Source: Octopus sinensis (lineage: Eukaryota). From it: a stretch of 64,000 bases of DNA. The DNA lies in contig NC_043003.1 of assembly GCF_006345805.1 (NCBI RefSeq), forward strand, positions 72,850,001 through 72,914,000, read 5' to 3'. Positions 13,618-25,982 of the stretch are shown here, piece after piece (position 1 is the first letter of the stretch; each line of letters opens with the position of its first letter). The position numbers were made by a program, and so were the translations under genes. Below the pieces are notes generated by a model, which had not been told where the DNA came from, searched no databases, and was given only the letters and a program-made list of their open reading frames with translations.

Positions 13618-13990
13618 GCCGCCGTCGCCGCCGTCGCCACCGTCGCCGCCGTCGCCACCGTCGCCGCCGTCGCCGCCGCAGTCGCCGCCGTCGCCGTCGC
13701 CGCCGCAGTCGCCGCCGTCGCCGCCGTCGCCGCCGTCGCCGTCGCCGCCGTCGCCGCCGTCGCGCAGTCGCCGCCGTCGCCGCAGTCGCCGCCGTCGCCA
13801 CCGTCGCCGCCGTCGCCGCAGTCGCCGCCGTTGCCACAGTCGCCGCGTCGCCGCAGTCGCCGCCGTCGCCGCGTCGCCGCAGTCGCCGCCGTCGCCACAG
13901 TCGCCGCCGTCGCCGCAGTCGCCGCAGTCGCCGCAGTCGCCGCAGTCGCCGCAGTCGCCGCCGCCGCCGCAGCTGCCACCGCCACCGCCA
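13618..13990 (+). repeat. GC-rich 9-bp minisatellite (GTCGCCGCC / GTCGCCGCA / GTCGCCACC)
   Basis: Direct reading of tandem 9-mer variants, strongly GC- and CpG-rich against an AT-rich background. Confidence 0.9.
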
Positions 13991-14479
13991 ACACCACCAC
14001 CACCACCACCACCACCAGCAACAGCCGTTCAAGAATTTGGACCTGGAGATCTTCATTTTCAGCGACTTCGAGGTCCACCTCCCAGTGGTGTCGAGTGTCA
14101 ACGAAGAGCCCCCGACTACAACAAGACGACCAAAGTTTTTTTTTTCTTCCAAAGTCTGGGGTCTCCCGCCCCTAAGCCCTAGACCGTCACCTAATCACCT
14201 TTACCCGTCTTGTTGCTTAACAACAACAACAGCAGCAACAACAACAGCACCACTGTTAGCTCGACTAATACCACCATCAACACTACTACGAGTAATACCA
14301 CTGCCACCACCTCCAATAACACTAATATAATCATTGAAAACACAAACAACAACAAAAACAAAGTTATCCACAATGACTATTCCCATTAATCCTACAACAA
14401 CAACTATAATCAGTACTGCTACCAAGATTACCCTCACCATTGAACTCCATAAACTCGAACAGCAGCAGGACCATCAGTA

Positions 14480-14603
14480 CTACCGATACCACCACCACCA
14501 CCACCACCACCTCTAGTTCCTTCCCAAATATAATAGTAACAATACAACAGTTAACACCATCACCGCCACCACCACAACCACCACCACCACCACCACCACC
14601 ACC

Positions 14604-14635
<32 letters not shown>

Positions 14636-14690
14636 CAACAACATAAATAATAACAAAAGCAACATACAACATCAGCAACAACAACAACAA
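14480..14690 (+). repeat. (CCA)n/(CAA)n compound microsatellite
   Basis: Direct reading. Confidence 0.9.
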
Positions 14691-15031
14691 CATATCCCCT
14701 CTTACTGCCACCTACGTTATAAACATTGCGATCAGAACAACTATTACAAAACCTAAAAAAACACGATAAGCAGACAGCAGCAGCAGCAGCAGCATCGCAA
14801 GCACTAGCACCACCACATGCGCCAGCACAGTACCACAACTACCAACGACAGCAGCACTACAACCACCACCACCACTTCCAGCAGCAACACATCTGTAACG
14901 GCGATAAAAACATCAGCAACAAAGTGTGTTTCTATGATGAGTCAGAACAGTTTTATTTGCTATAATTATTCAAAGTTTAACCAATAATTATGTTAGATAT
15001 TCAGAAATAGTTTTGACATTCAGAGTTTCAT

Positions 15032-15076
<45 letters not shown>

Positions 15077-15312
15077 CACACTAACACGGACAACTCATAC
15101 TCATATACACAGACACAGACGTACACTCCTGCATACACATACGTACAAACATATGTATACCTATCTACACACATACATCTATTAGTATGAGTATATATAT
15201 AAATCAATATTATTCTTTATTATTTAAATTACAGCAGGCCTCCTTCAACTAAATGAACTGTTAGCTAGAACACTTGTATAGGTATGTACGTTTATATATA
15301 TATATATCTATC

Positions 15313-15346
<34 letters not shown>

Positions 15347-15352
15347 TGTATG

Positions 15353-16161
15353 TCATTATTCAGTTTATTTCAAGATTTCTTGCCAATAAAGAACCGGTTT
15401 CTAAACTAGATCCTTCAGTGGAATTTCAACATCAACAACAGGCTATTTTTGTTTGTTTGTATGCATGTATGTATGTATGTATGCATGTATGTATGTATGT
15501 ATGTATGTATGTATGTATGTATGCATGTATGTATGTATGTATGTATGCATGTATGTATGTATGTATGTATGTATGTATGTATGTATGTATGTATGTGTGT
15601 ATGTATGCATGTATGTATGTGCAGAGTTGTATGTTTTATGTATGTATTCCCATGCATATATTTACATATCTAGATATGCTCATATATACTTAAAAGATAA
15701 ACTTCTTGAAAGTTTTACATATTTTTACAGTTCCAGTGATCGATTGGAACTGTAGACTTCGAATTAGGTTTCTTTTTTCTGGTTTTGAGAAGCCTGATTT
15801 CTCAAGATTGGTATTTAGGCAGTACGTTATATATCTCAGGGCCCCAATAATTACCGGTATAAGCCTGAACTTGTAATCTGGATAAAGTAATTGCAGATTT
15901 CTCCATAGTTTAGCATAGGTGTTCTTTTTTTCATTTTATGTTAACATCCACTGGGCAGCTAATTTCCGCAACTGTGCACAGTTTCTCTTCTCTATCCCCA
16001 AATCATTATATCAGGTCTTTTGTGCATACATTTTATTGAGGTCTTCACTGGTACATTCCACCAGTATCGCCTTCCATAAGTGGCTATGGCTTCTACCATA
16101 TTGTGAATTTTTATTTCTTTTCCTCGGGATTATCATTCCGACGGATTTCATTATAGTGTCG
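15353..16161 (-). mobile_element. R4/Dong-like RLE LINE, 5'-truncated copy A
   Basis: Minus strand gives WWNVPVKTSIKCMHKRPDIMIWDREEKLCTVAEISCPVDVN (restriction-like endonuclease, PD..E) and LQLLYPDYKFRLIPVIIGAL. (CATA)n on both flanks and inside the 3' UTR. Confidence 0.88.
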
Positions 16162-16333
16162 TATGTATGTATGTATGTATGTATGTATGTATGTATGTAT
16201 GTATGTATGTATGTATGTATGTATGTATGAATGTATGTATGTATGTATGTATGTATGTATGTATGCATACATGTATGTATGTATGTATGTATGTATGTAT
16301 GTATGCAGCTATCTATCTATCTATCTTTCAGCG

Positions 16334-16365
<32 letters not shown>

Positions 16366-16404
16366 CGTGAAGTGTTACATTTTTAAGGTGCAGGTGTGCC
16401 TGTG

Positions 16405-16610
16405 TGGAGACGCAGATGTTACTGTGTGGTAAGAAGCTTCCTTCTCTCCCAAATGATTCTTGGTTCAATCCCCCTGCGAGGTACCTTAGGCAAGTGTCTT
16501 CTACTACAGCCCAGGGCAGACCAATGCTTTGTGCATAGATTTGGTAGACGGAAACTGAAAGAAGTCCGCATTATATATATATACATATACCTGCATAAAT
16601 ACATACATAC
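16405..16610 (+). mobile_element. SINE family B, 5' part
   Basis: ...CTGTGTGGTAAGAAGC...GGTTCAATCCC...GGTACCTTAGGCAAGTGTCTTCTACTACAGCC...GGAAACTGAAAGAAG. Confidence 0.8.
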
Positions 16611-17267
16611 TACTAAATTCCTAATAAATAAAAGAGATAGTAAAGCCATTGGAATTCCAAGATGACCAGTCCCAAAGTGTCATCAAGGTACTACTTCCCT
16701 CTGCGACATGACGTTGTCGCAAAAGCAATATACAATGCCATTCGGAGAAAAGACTGTCCTGGAATAAATATAGAGAATCCCCCTGCTATTGAATACATAA
16801 ATAAACATCAACAGTAGGAATACTCGTGAAACATTCTCATCAAGACATCTGTCGATATTGTTGCTTGGGACACAAGAAAAACCATCATAGAAGTCAGCTG
16901 TCCTGCTGTTGTGACTATCTCTTTGAAAATCAAAAAGAAAGAAGTTACAATGGATAACTGCTACGAAACTTCCAGCTTCTATATCCAAGTTATTAATTCA
17001 CAGTTATACTAGTAATAATTGGTGCACTTGGTTTTGTGAGTAAATGCCCAATTGTCAGTCTGGATAAAGTTGGATTTTCGAAGAAAGAATTTAACCAACT
17101 AACTCACACATTGCAGTAAGTGGAACAGTGAAAATATGCAAGACTTTACTCAAGTTTAACATGTGAAATTATTTTTATTATTTACATTTCAACGATGGAG
17201 CGTTGTATAATTATTAGAAATCAGCTCTTTTCTCTGAGGAAGCATCTAAATTATTAAAAGCTAGAGA
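16611..17267 (+). mobile_element. R4/Dong-like RLE LINE, 5'-truncated copy D
   Basis: RYYFPLRHDVVAKAIYNAI, VAWD...IIEVSCPA and IIGALGFV motifs, homologous to 22000-22630. Starts right after CATACATAC and ends at (CA)n. Confidence 0.85.
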
Positions 17268-17338
17268 ACACACACACACACACACACACACGCATACACA
17301 GACACACAGACATACGGACACACACACACACACTTACA

Positions 17339-17378
<40 letters not shown>

Positions 17379-17689
17379 TGTATATACATGCATGTGTAAG
17401 TCTGCAAAAGTGCATATCTCACACACCGTTTGAAATCCGGTGTTGGCTTATTTACGTCACTGTAAACAAGTAGTTCGGCAAAAGATCTAAATGAAAAAAT
17501 ACTGGGGTTGATATGTTTGATTAAAACCCTTCAAAGCATTCCCCAGCATGGCCGCAGTCCAATGAATGAAACAACAAATAAAAGATAAAAGATATATAGT
17601 ACACATGCACGTTTACATAATACATGCATCCAGACACACACATACGCACAAACACCCACACTCACACAACACAATCGCACATACATATA

Positions 17690-17960
17690 GGTGTAGTATG
17701 GCCGAATGGTTAAGAACTTCTCTTTGCAATCATAAGGACTCGTTCGCTTCCGCTGTCCGGCATCTTGGACATGTGTGATTTTTTTGTATGCCTCTCTGTC
17801 GGATAGATTGTGCCAATAATTTAAAGGCCCTTAAATTATTTGTATAACCGATCCAACAACTCTCGTCACGCTTATTCCATCTGAGTATTGCAAGTGTCTG
17901 TTGAATACTCAGCCACTTACATGCTAAGTACAGTTGTTAACTTGATAGAACAACTGAATA
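17690..17960 (+). mobile_element. Degenerate SINE (tRNA-like head plus the 3' module of family C)
   Basis: GGTGTAGTATGGCCGAATGGTTAAG head. GTGTCTGTTGAATACTCAGCCACTTACATG matches the 3' module of the 11245-11630 SINE. Confidence 0.55.
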
Positions 17961-18531
17961 TTCGTGATCAGAAATTCTGAGATCCATTTATATTTACCAT
18001 ACAACCGGTATCATGTAATCCTAGTACTACCTGCTCCAAGATCGACTAAACCGGCTCTCCCACTTGAGCAGCGTACGGCTCTTGTGGTTTCTGGACACCC
18101 AGTAAGACTAAAAAGACATATCGAAGGCCGGTAAGCTCCTTGTGGGCCAACGGCGATCCAGTTTGGGAAGACAATGGCAAACCACCATTGTCGTTGTCAA
18201 GAAAAGGTCATGGAAAATTCAGAACGAAGTAACACTATAGCTTAATCTGATGGCAGAATTCACATTTAATTGAGTAGACTTTCGCTGCAGTGTCACCAAC
18301 GCGCTGCAACGCATACACGCTACTGTTAATATCACATTTAATAGACAGCGTTATTCTAGTGGCAGGTCTTATATAGTGATTATATAGAGAGGGTTAAAGA
18401 CTAGAGGAATACTTAGAAATTACTGACGTAGAAGTTTACTTGTAAGCTCTAAACACATACACTTGTTGTTGTTCACCTTTAGGAGTATAATTAAAGCTCA
18501 GAATGAGATTGAAACAGTAATCGCTCGATAA

Positions 18532-18614
18532 TGTAAAGTATAGAAGCCATCTTATCATGGCTAACCCCCTCCCCTATGTGGTTAGCCATGATAAGATGGC
18601 TTCTATACTTTACA
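18532..18614. repeat. Perfect 35-bp inverted repeat with 13-nt loop
   Basis: TGTAAAGTATAGAAGCCATCTTATCATGGCTAACC (18532-18566) and its exact reverse complement (18580-18614). Confidence 0.95.
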
Positions 18615-20103
18615 ACCTTAGGAGTCCTATACTGAAACCTTCCAGCTGTGTTCACACGTCTTCTACGTATAGCTTACACCATTCCAACATCCAGTTGCCC
18701 TCTACAACATAGTTGTTACTTAATAACTCCTTAGAACGTCATCTTATAAACTGACCACTACATCAACCATATTTCCATTTGATCAACTCCAGTGTAGAAC
18801 CTATGTTAGAAAATATTCACCGAAGACTAGCACACCAACTATTTCCGATCCTCAACTTAGAGAATTTCTAAAGACATTACTATTATGTTGCTGTAATATT
18901 TTTAACGGTTTTATCGGAAATCTGACGCTACTTTCTCATTGATTTGCCGTTAATTTCCATAGTACCCTTATATAGAAGTGTTTAGTCATACGCTGTCGAC
19001 TTTTTATTTACAATTGTCATATTATTTTGAAATGTAAACAAACTTTCCGATGAGTGACATTTTCGTCTGTTTTGTTGAAAACGGGTTTCATAAGTACTCG
19101 TATTTATATCCTGTCAACCACCAGTCTGTGTACACAGTATTTTGTAACATTATGCGTTATGCCAATAGAATATATCCACTTTTCTTCTACGTGTAGTCTC
19201 TCACTCTCTCCCTCCGTCGCTCACTTTCACTCTCTTTCTCTCCGTCTTTCCCTCACCCGCCTCTTTTTCTCTCCATCTCCCCTCTCTCTGTCCTTCTTCC
19301 CGTCTCTCTCGCCTCCTGAAACAACACAGGTTTCACTGCCGTCATTGTAGGTGTTTCCATCTCATCTGAACGTTCCAAGTTTTTCGTGTCTGCTTATATT
19401 TAGTCAGCCTAGATGAAAAATATCGTGTAGAGTGTTCCATCTGTGGCCATCCCATCTATTTCCCAGACACAGACAAGATGCCCCGAAGAAATCATCATTC
19501 TGTTCGTCCTATTCCAGACAGCAGCATTATTTCAAGCGCACAAAACATGCACACACAAAAATCCTACACAACCACACACATTCATACACACATACACATC
19601 CCACTCATATACACGTATACATACACGCTACGCAGTATCCTTATATCTACCAATTTACATCCACACATAGCCACACATACATACCGACATCCACATGTAT
19701 ACACAAAAAACATATATGCTCACGTACATACGCACCTCTCGCGCTCTCGCATATATCCAAACACTGACATACACAGACTATACCAGCTACCCATCAACAT
19801 AATTGTAAATGTAAACACTTAAACACACATGATTGTAAAAATTCTTCTACTTCTGCCCGCTGTTGATAATGCTACGACAATCACAACAATTCCGTCCACA
19901 TTCGTCATTTATACTGATTTCTAATATTTTTTGGACAAAATGTCTCAAGCCTGGGAGATGGGTCAATTACACTAAATTGCTTCTTATTACAACGATTCCA
20001 AGGCCATGAACCACCGTCTCGACTTCGGCAGGATTTGAACCGAGAACGTAAAAGGTCATTACTAAATACTGCATAATATTTTGTCGAATATTATACGTAC
20101 AGG

Positions 20104-20539
20104 CGTTACGTTCTGAGTTCAAATTCCATCGAGTTCGACTTTGCCTTTCATCCTTTCGGGATCGATAAATTAAGTACCAGTTACGCCCTGGGGTCGATGT
20201 AATCGACGTAATCCCTTTGTCTGTCCTTGTTTGTCTCCCCTATGTTTAGCCCATTGCGGTCAATAAATAAATAGGTATTTCGTCTGCCGCTACGTTCTGA
20301 GTTCAAATCCCGCCGAGGTCGACTTTGCTTTTCATCCTTTCGGGGTCGATTAAATAAGTACCAGTTACGCACTGGGGTCGATATAATCGACTTAATCCGT
20401 TTGTCTATCCTTGTTTGTACTCTCTGTGTTTAGCCCCTTGTGGGTAGTAAAGAAATAGGTATTCCGTCTGCCGTTACGTTGTGAGTTCAAATTCCACCGA
20501 GGTCGACTTTGCCTTTCATCTTTTCGGGGTCGATAAATT
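20104..20539 (+). mobile_element. Tandem array of three partial family A SINE units (about 184-bp period)
   Basis: G(T/C)TACGTT(C/G)TGAGTTCAAAT recurs at about 20105, 20289 and 20472. Confidence 0.85.
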
Positions 20540-20544
20540 TGACC

Positions 20545-20728
20545 GGCTAATTCGTACATTACAAGTGCAATTTGTGAGTGGAACAGTAAAAATATGCAAG
20601 GCTTTTCTCAAGTCCCAAATATGAATTTTTCTGTGTTAACTACATCTCAAAGATGGAGCCTTGTATCTTTGTTGGAAACCGGCTCCTTCCTCATGGAAAG
20701 GTTTATAATAATTAAAAAATAGAAGAGA
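20545..20728 (+). mobile_element. R4/Dong-like LINE 3' end, copy B
   Basis: GTGGAACAGTAAAAATATGCAAG...GATGGAGCCTTGTAT aligns with the 3' end of copy D and is followed directly by (CATA)n at 20729-20915. Confidence 0.8.
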
Positions 20729-20915
20729 CATACATACATACATACATACATACATACATACATACATACATACATACATACATACATACATACATACATA
20801 CATACATACATACATACATACACACACATACATACATACACACACATACATACATACATACAACATACATACATACAGACATACATACAGACATACATAC
20901 ATGCATACATACATA

Positions 20916-22814
20916 GTTATATTATGATAATATGATCAACATCAAGAAACAACTAGAACTAGTCACAACATTCTCACGAGATATAGGAATGGCGTTTGGG
21001 CAAGATAAATATGTTCTCATTGTGCAAATGTAACAAAGTAAAAGTGAAATGAACATGTTTATGTGTCTGAATATAGCCTAATAAATGGCTCATACATGCT
21101 TCCAAGTCAAAAAACATAGCTTAATATATTATTTTATAACAAGTTTTAAAACATTTTCAGAAATTGTAAAACTATTTAATGCATTTAATACTTTTCTTTA
21201 AATTTTTGGCATCTTTGATGAATTGTGGGATATGTAATATTATACAAACTTTTGATAGTCAAGGAATGATTGTCGACCAGGCAGAGAATATGTACATCAA
21301 CGGGTTGTCTATATTCCCTATCTCTCACGATGAAAGCTACAGCCACCTCGGAATCGACAAGAATGTTGCATACTTTAGTGTTGTGATTAAGGCCAGAATA
21401 ACAAAAGAGTACTTCTGAAAACTCTTGAAAATATGGTACTCAGAGCTGTCTGCATTTAACGTGCTCGTATCTCGCAATGCTTTTGCAGTTTCAGTGCTAG
21501 TGCCAATATTTGGGATATTGGATTGATACTCGATAATATACACTGCCTTAACATCACAACCAGAAAGGTGCTGATAATCACTGGCAATTTCCACATTAAC
21601 TGTGGCATCAATAGTATTTATGTGAGACGAAGTGATGGCGCTAGAGACATAAGGTCACTTCAAACAGCCCTTGAATGTCGTATTGTATCACTCAGACAAC
21701 ATCTACTGAACAATAAAGAAAGAAATGAGTATATTAAATGCATACTCAAAAGTGAGAGCCACAACATCTTCAGAGTTGGAGAATACATGCGGCCCAAAGG
21801 AGGTTGCACTGACCTACCTAAGCAGAAGCTTGGAGAAGAAGCAGGCAGCATACCAACAAAAAGCAATGCATGGATACATATCACGTAAGCTAGACAGCGA
21901 CAACAGCATTGGCAGGAAGAGTAGTGTCCCCTGGACATGCGATAGGTACATTACATTGTACCTAGAAGGATATGCCTTCACAATCCAGGAATAGGAGATA
22001 GCTACTTAATACCTGATAAATAGGAGGGACAAAGATACTACCAAGCTTCCACGTTGTAATAAAAAAAATGTCGGCTCTGCTATACCAGTGTGGAAGATAT
22101 CATCAGCTGCCCCAAAATGTCTGCGAGATACTACTTGCTCCTGAGGCATGATATAGTTGCAAAGGCTATTTACAAAGCTATTCACAGGAAGGGCTGCCTT
22201 GACGTATACATAAGAAGCAGCTGGTATGCACACCTTTAAAAACAAGGAATTTTGATGGAACATGCCAATAAAAATATCAATTTGGTACAAGCTTAACAGA
22301 CCTAATACTGTTGTGTGGGACTGGGGAAGAACCATGCATTGTTGTAGAGGTCAGCTGTCCAGTGGATGTGTATGTACAATCATTAGTCCAGGAAAAAGAG
22401 AACATTTATGGCGAATTAATGTAGAACTTACAGCTCTTGTGTCCTGACTATAAATTCCCATTTGTACCTATCGTTATAGGTGCATTAAGTTATGTACTAA
22501 CAAATTTGCACAAAAACCTAGAAATACTCGGTTTCACGAAGAAAAAGCAAAAGAAACTGACGCGGATTCTCCAAATCCAATCTATTAGTGGCACAATGAA
22601 GATTTGTAAGACATTCCAGAAATTGTCCATCTGAGATTCTTATGTGAATAGATACTCTCATTTGAGTGTATGCATCGAAACTTCAACAAACACACCAACT
22701 CAACCACGTATTTATATACACTGGACACTCTCTGCACTAAAAGTCTTGTCACTTTATTAGCGACCGGCTTGAATGCTCTTACGAAATTCTTTTTTAAAAA
22801 AATGAAAGAAAAAT
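20916..22814 (+). mobile_element. R4/Dong-like RLE LINE, 5'-truncated copy C (RT thumb to RLE), pseudogenised
   Basis: KQLELVTTFSRDIGMAFGQDK, ESYSHLGID, IYVRRSDGARDIRSL, KAMHGY, RHDIVAKAIY, RPNTVVWD and YKFPFVPIVIGAL. Starts after (CATA)n and ends before (CA)n at 22815. Confidence 0.9.
21007..21257 (+). repeat. 251-bp near-exact copy of 11910-12160 inserted in the LINE
   Basis: By-eye alignment gives 250/251 identical; the one difference is GAACATATTT versus GAACATGTTT. Confidence 0.9.
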
Positions 22815-24050
22815 CACACACACACACACACACAAACACACACCACATAATTTTACAAGACGGTAAAAATTTGAGGTCATAAAACGTCTCTGAAGCCTGT
22901 GCGGAGTCATTGATTTCCTTGTAACTACTAATTCACCCGACAAGAGCTTTAAAATCATGCATCTTTATACTCCACACTCAAACACTGAGCCGTTCTGGTT
23001 AATCTATAAGACCGAGACATGAAAACACACACAGATATGTGTACATCGATACATACATAAAAACACACATGCATGCACGCACCCACTTATATACTTACAT
23101 ACACACACACATAAATATATATACACGTTCATATTCACACATACGTAGCTAACATGACAAAACCAAATTGGAACTATTTCTGTCTATAAATTATTTACGA
23201 TTATTCCACTTTAGAATTTTTGAAATCATGAATTATTTTCCATACATTACAATTCTAAAGGAAAGTGGAACTTCATTTTTATTCCCAAAAGAGAATATTT
23301 TGAGAAGCTGAAAGAAATTTAACAGAAAATAACAAGAAAAAGGCTGATAAAAACCGTTGCCTTTCAAGAAAAGGAAAGAACTTTAACATTTAATGTACAT
23401 ACTAATTTATGTAAAAGTATTCTTTGATGGGCGAATACTTAGCTCTAATTATCTAGAGTCCTAAAATTTGAAAGAGGAAAAAGCCACTGAAAACAAGGTG
23501 AACAAGCTGTGTGTATGTAAACGTATGTATATACGTTGTTTTAAACGTATAACGAATCTGCTATTTTCAATAGTATATACGTCACTATATTTAACTCAAC
23601 TGTCTCCAGTCAAAAAGTAGGTCTATTTATGGCCCATCCATTTGCAAGAAATAGAAGCCAAATTTCCCTCACATTAAAACCTATATCCATAAAAAGGGAT
23701 ATGTCTGTTAATGTTCCTCTGAGCTTTCCAAACAAAGGAAAACAATTAGAGGGTCACGGCCAGATTGCCTTTGATGAAAGTTTGCACAGGACTGATCTGG
23801 ATCTAAACAACAACAATTGTTTTTAATTCAGGGCAAGGCCAGAAATTTGGAGTGGTGGGGTTAGTCGACACCATCGACCCTAGTCCTTAACTTGTATATA
23901 TATTATTATCAACCACGAAAGGAAGAAAAGCAAAGTTAACCTCAGCGAGATTTGATCTCGGAGCGAAATGAGCCGGACAAATATTGCAAGGCGTTTTCCT
24001 CGACTCTCTTTCGCCCCCTTAACGACGACAACAACAACAACAACAACAGT

Positions 24051-24240
24051 GGAGGCGCAATGGCCCAGTGGTTAGGGCAACGGACACGCGGTCGTAAGAA
24101 TGCGGTTTCGATTCCCAGACCGGGCATTGTGAGTGTTTATTGAGCAAAAACACCTAAGCTCCACGAGTCTCCGGCGGGGGAGGGTGGTGAACCCCGCTGT
24201 AATCTTTCACCACAACTTTGTCTCACTCTTTCTTTCTACT
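24051..24240 (+). mobile_element. SINE family C, 5' half
   Basis: GGAGGCGCAATGGCCCAGTGGTTAGGGC...GGTTTCGATTCCCAGACCGGGC. Confidence 0.85.
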
Positions 24241-24524
24241 TCCGTCTCAAAGCAGAAGAACTATGGTGTAACACACTATGATGTGGCAAACTTTCAGATC
24301 CTTGTCTAGCTTGCGAATCCTCTGTACCCCAGGATGGTTCAGCTCTCCACCCGTTAAAAGCCATTTACGGAATGAGGGTAACAACGTAGCTTTCGCGCCC
24401 GTGCAACCGCCAGTATATCGCGTGTGGTGGGTAGATCTTCAAGTTGCCAGACGCATTCTTAGTAGTTTAGAGTAGGCTCGAATTAGAGATTGTTCTTTGT
24501 GGCTAATGGCGTGAGTCCTGATTG

Positions 24525-24699
24525 GAAGAAGAAGAAGAAGAAGAAGAAGAAGAAGAAAAATAATAAGAAGAAGAATAAGAATAAGAAGAAGAAAGAAGAA
24601 GAAGAAGAAGAAGAAGAAGAAAATAATAAGAAGAAGAATAAGAATAAGAAGAAGAAGAAGAAGAAGAAGAAGAACAACAACAACAACAAAACAACAACA

Positions 24700-24738
<39 letters not shown>

Positions 24739-24762
24739 ACAACAACAACACACAACAACAAC

Positions 24763-24800
<38 letters not shown>
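24525..24800 (+). repeat. Compound (GAA)n(CAA)n(TAA)n microsatellite
   Basis: Direct reading. Confidence 0.95.
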
Positions 24801-24801
<1 letters not shown>

Positions 24802-24804
24802 TTT

Positions 24805-25330
24805 TCTTTTATAGGCTGAAATAAGCCTTTTATAAGCCTGAAATTTTGTGGTGAGTGGATAGACGATTACCCCGAACCCAGTGCTTAGATGGTCTTTATA
24901 TTATCGATCTCGATAGAATCAAAAAGCATAGTCGACCTCAGCGACATTTGAATTCAGAACGAAATATGCCGATAAGTATTTTGTTAATAACTGATAACAC
25001 TCATTCCGCCCCAGCGGAATTTGAACTCAGAACATAAAAACGAAACGAAATGTGCTAAGCATCTTATCCGACATGCTAACGGTTCTGCCAGCTTGCCGTC
25101 TTAATAATAATAGCAACAATCTTTTCTATTATAGGCACAAGGCCTGAAATTTGGGGGAGGGTAATAGTCGATTACATAAACTCCATTGTTTCACTAGCAC
25201 TTAACTTATCGATCCCGAAAGGATGAAAGGCGAAATCGACCTCAGCGGAATTTGAACTTAGTACATATGGCTGGGGGAAGGGGGGTGGCTAAACATTTTA
25301 TTCAGCGTGTTAACAATCCCGCCAGTTTGC
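24805..25330 (-). mobile_element. Cluster of degenerate family A SINE copies
   Basis: Repeated GTCGACCTCAGCG..ATTTGAACTCAGAAC and AGGCCTGAAATTT motifs. Confidence 0.7.
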
Positions 25331-25982
25331 GCCTTATCAACAACAACAGCAACAATAATAAAATTGTTTCCAATTTTTTTTTGTACTATAAGAACATTAA
25401 TAACTTCACAAAAGTCGTATTTTTTAGGGTCGCTAGAAATCAGTCAAACAGAACCACATAATTCATAGGCATTTCTTTCTTGTGATTTCGTGATCATGAA
25501 ATGTGATGATAATTTTGGCAGGATTGAAAAATCAATCGGTAAAGAGACATAACTAAATATCCGAAGCCTTGCTATATTCGTTCTGACTCTACCTCTCTAC
25601 CATCCATCAAGGTTCTTCATTACTTCATAGAGTTATTAATACTGATGGTATAATAACGAATATTAAAATCAAATTACAAAAATGTTGAAGGATACAGATA
25701 TGCTTTTATTTAATTAAGGTTTTTATATCTCAGTCAAATATTTGTTAATATTTGCCTTAAACTCCTATTAGCTGCTGCTAATGGTCATCAGTGATGGCTT
25801 ATCACAATTCAGATCAACACCTGGTGAAATGAATCGCAATAAACAAAACCAACGCACATTAAAGGAAGTCATATATTTTGCCCAATGTTAAAAGTCGAAT
25901 GTGTACTTTTAATCTGCAATAATTGGTATATGAAAAGTACATAAAATTGAGCAAAAATTTTCGAATAATCAGGAACAATTTA

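Noticed and set aside
15274-16432. ORFs with MYVC/HTYI repeats (also at 20636-20914 and 45818-46433)
   Set aside because: They are translations of (TATG)n/(CATA)n microsatellites, not proteins.
19400-19550. Reading frame containing ECSICGH (zinc-finger-like CxxC)
   Set aside because: Only one CxxC, with no second ligand pair and no clear splice signals.
20104-20539. Regularly spaced repeats resembling a CRISPR array
   Set aside because: They are tandem SINE units with homologous, non-unique intervening sequence in a eukaryotic genome, and there are no cas genes.
24439-24819. Poly-K/E/N/Q ORF
   Set aside because: Translation of the (GAA)(CAA)(TAA) compound microsatellite.
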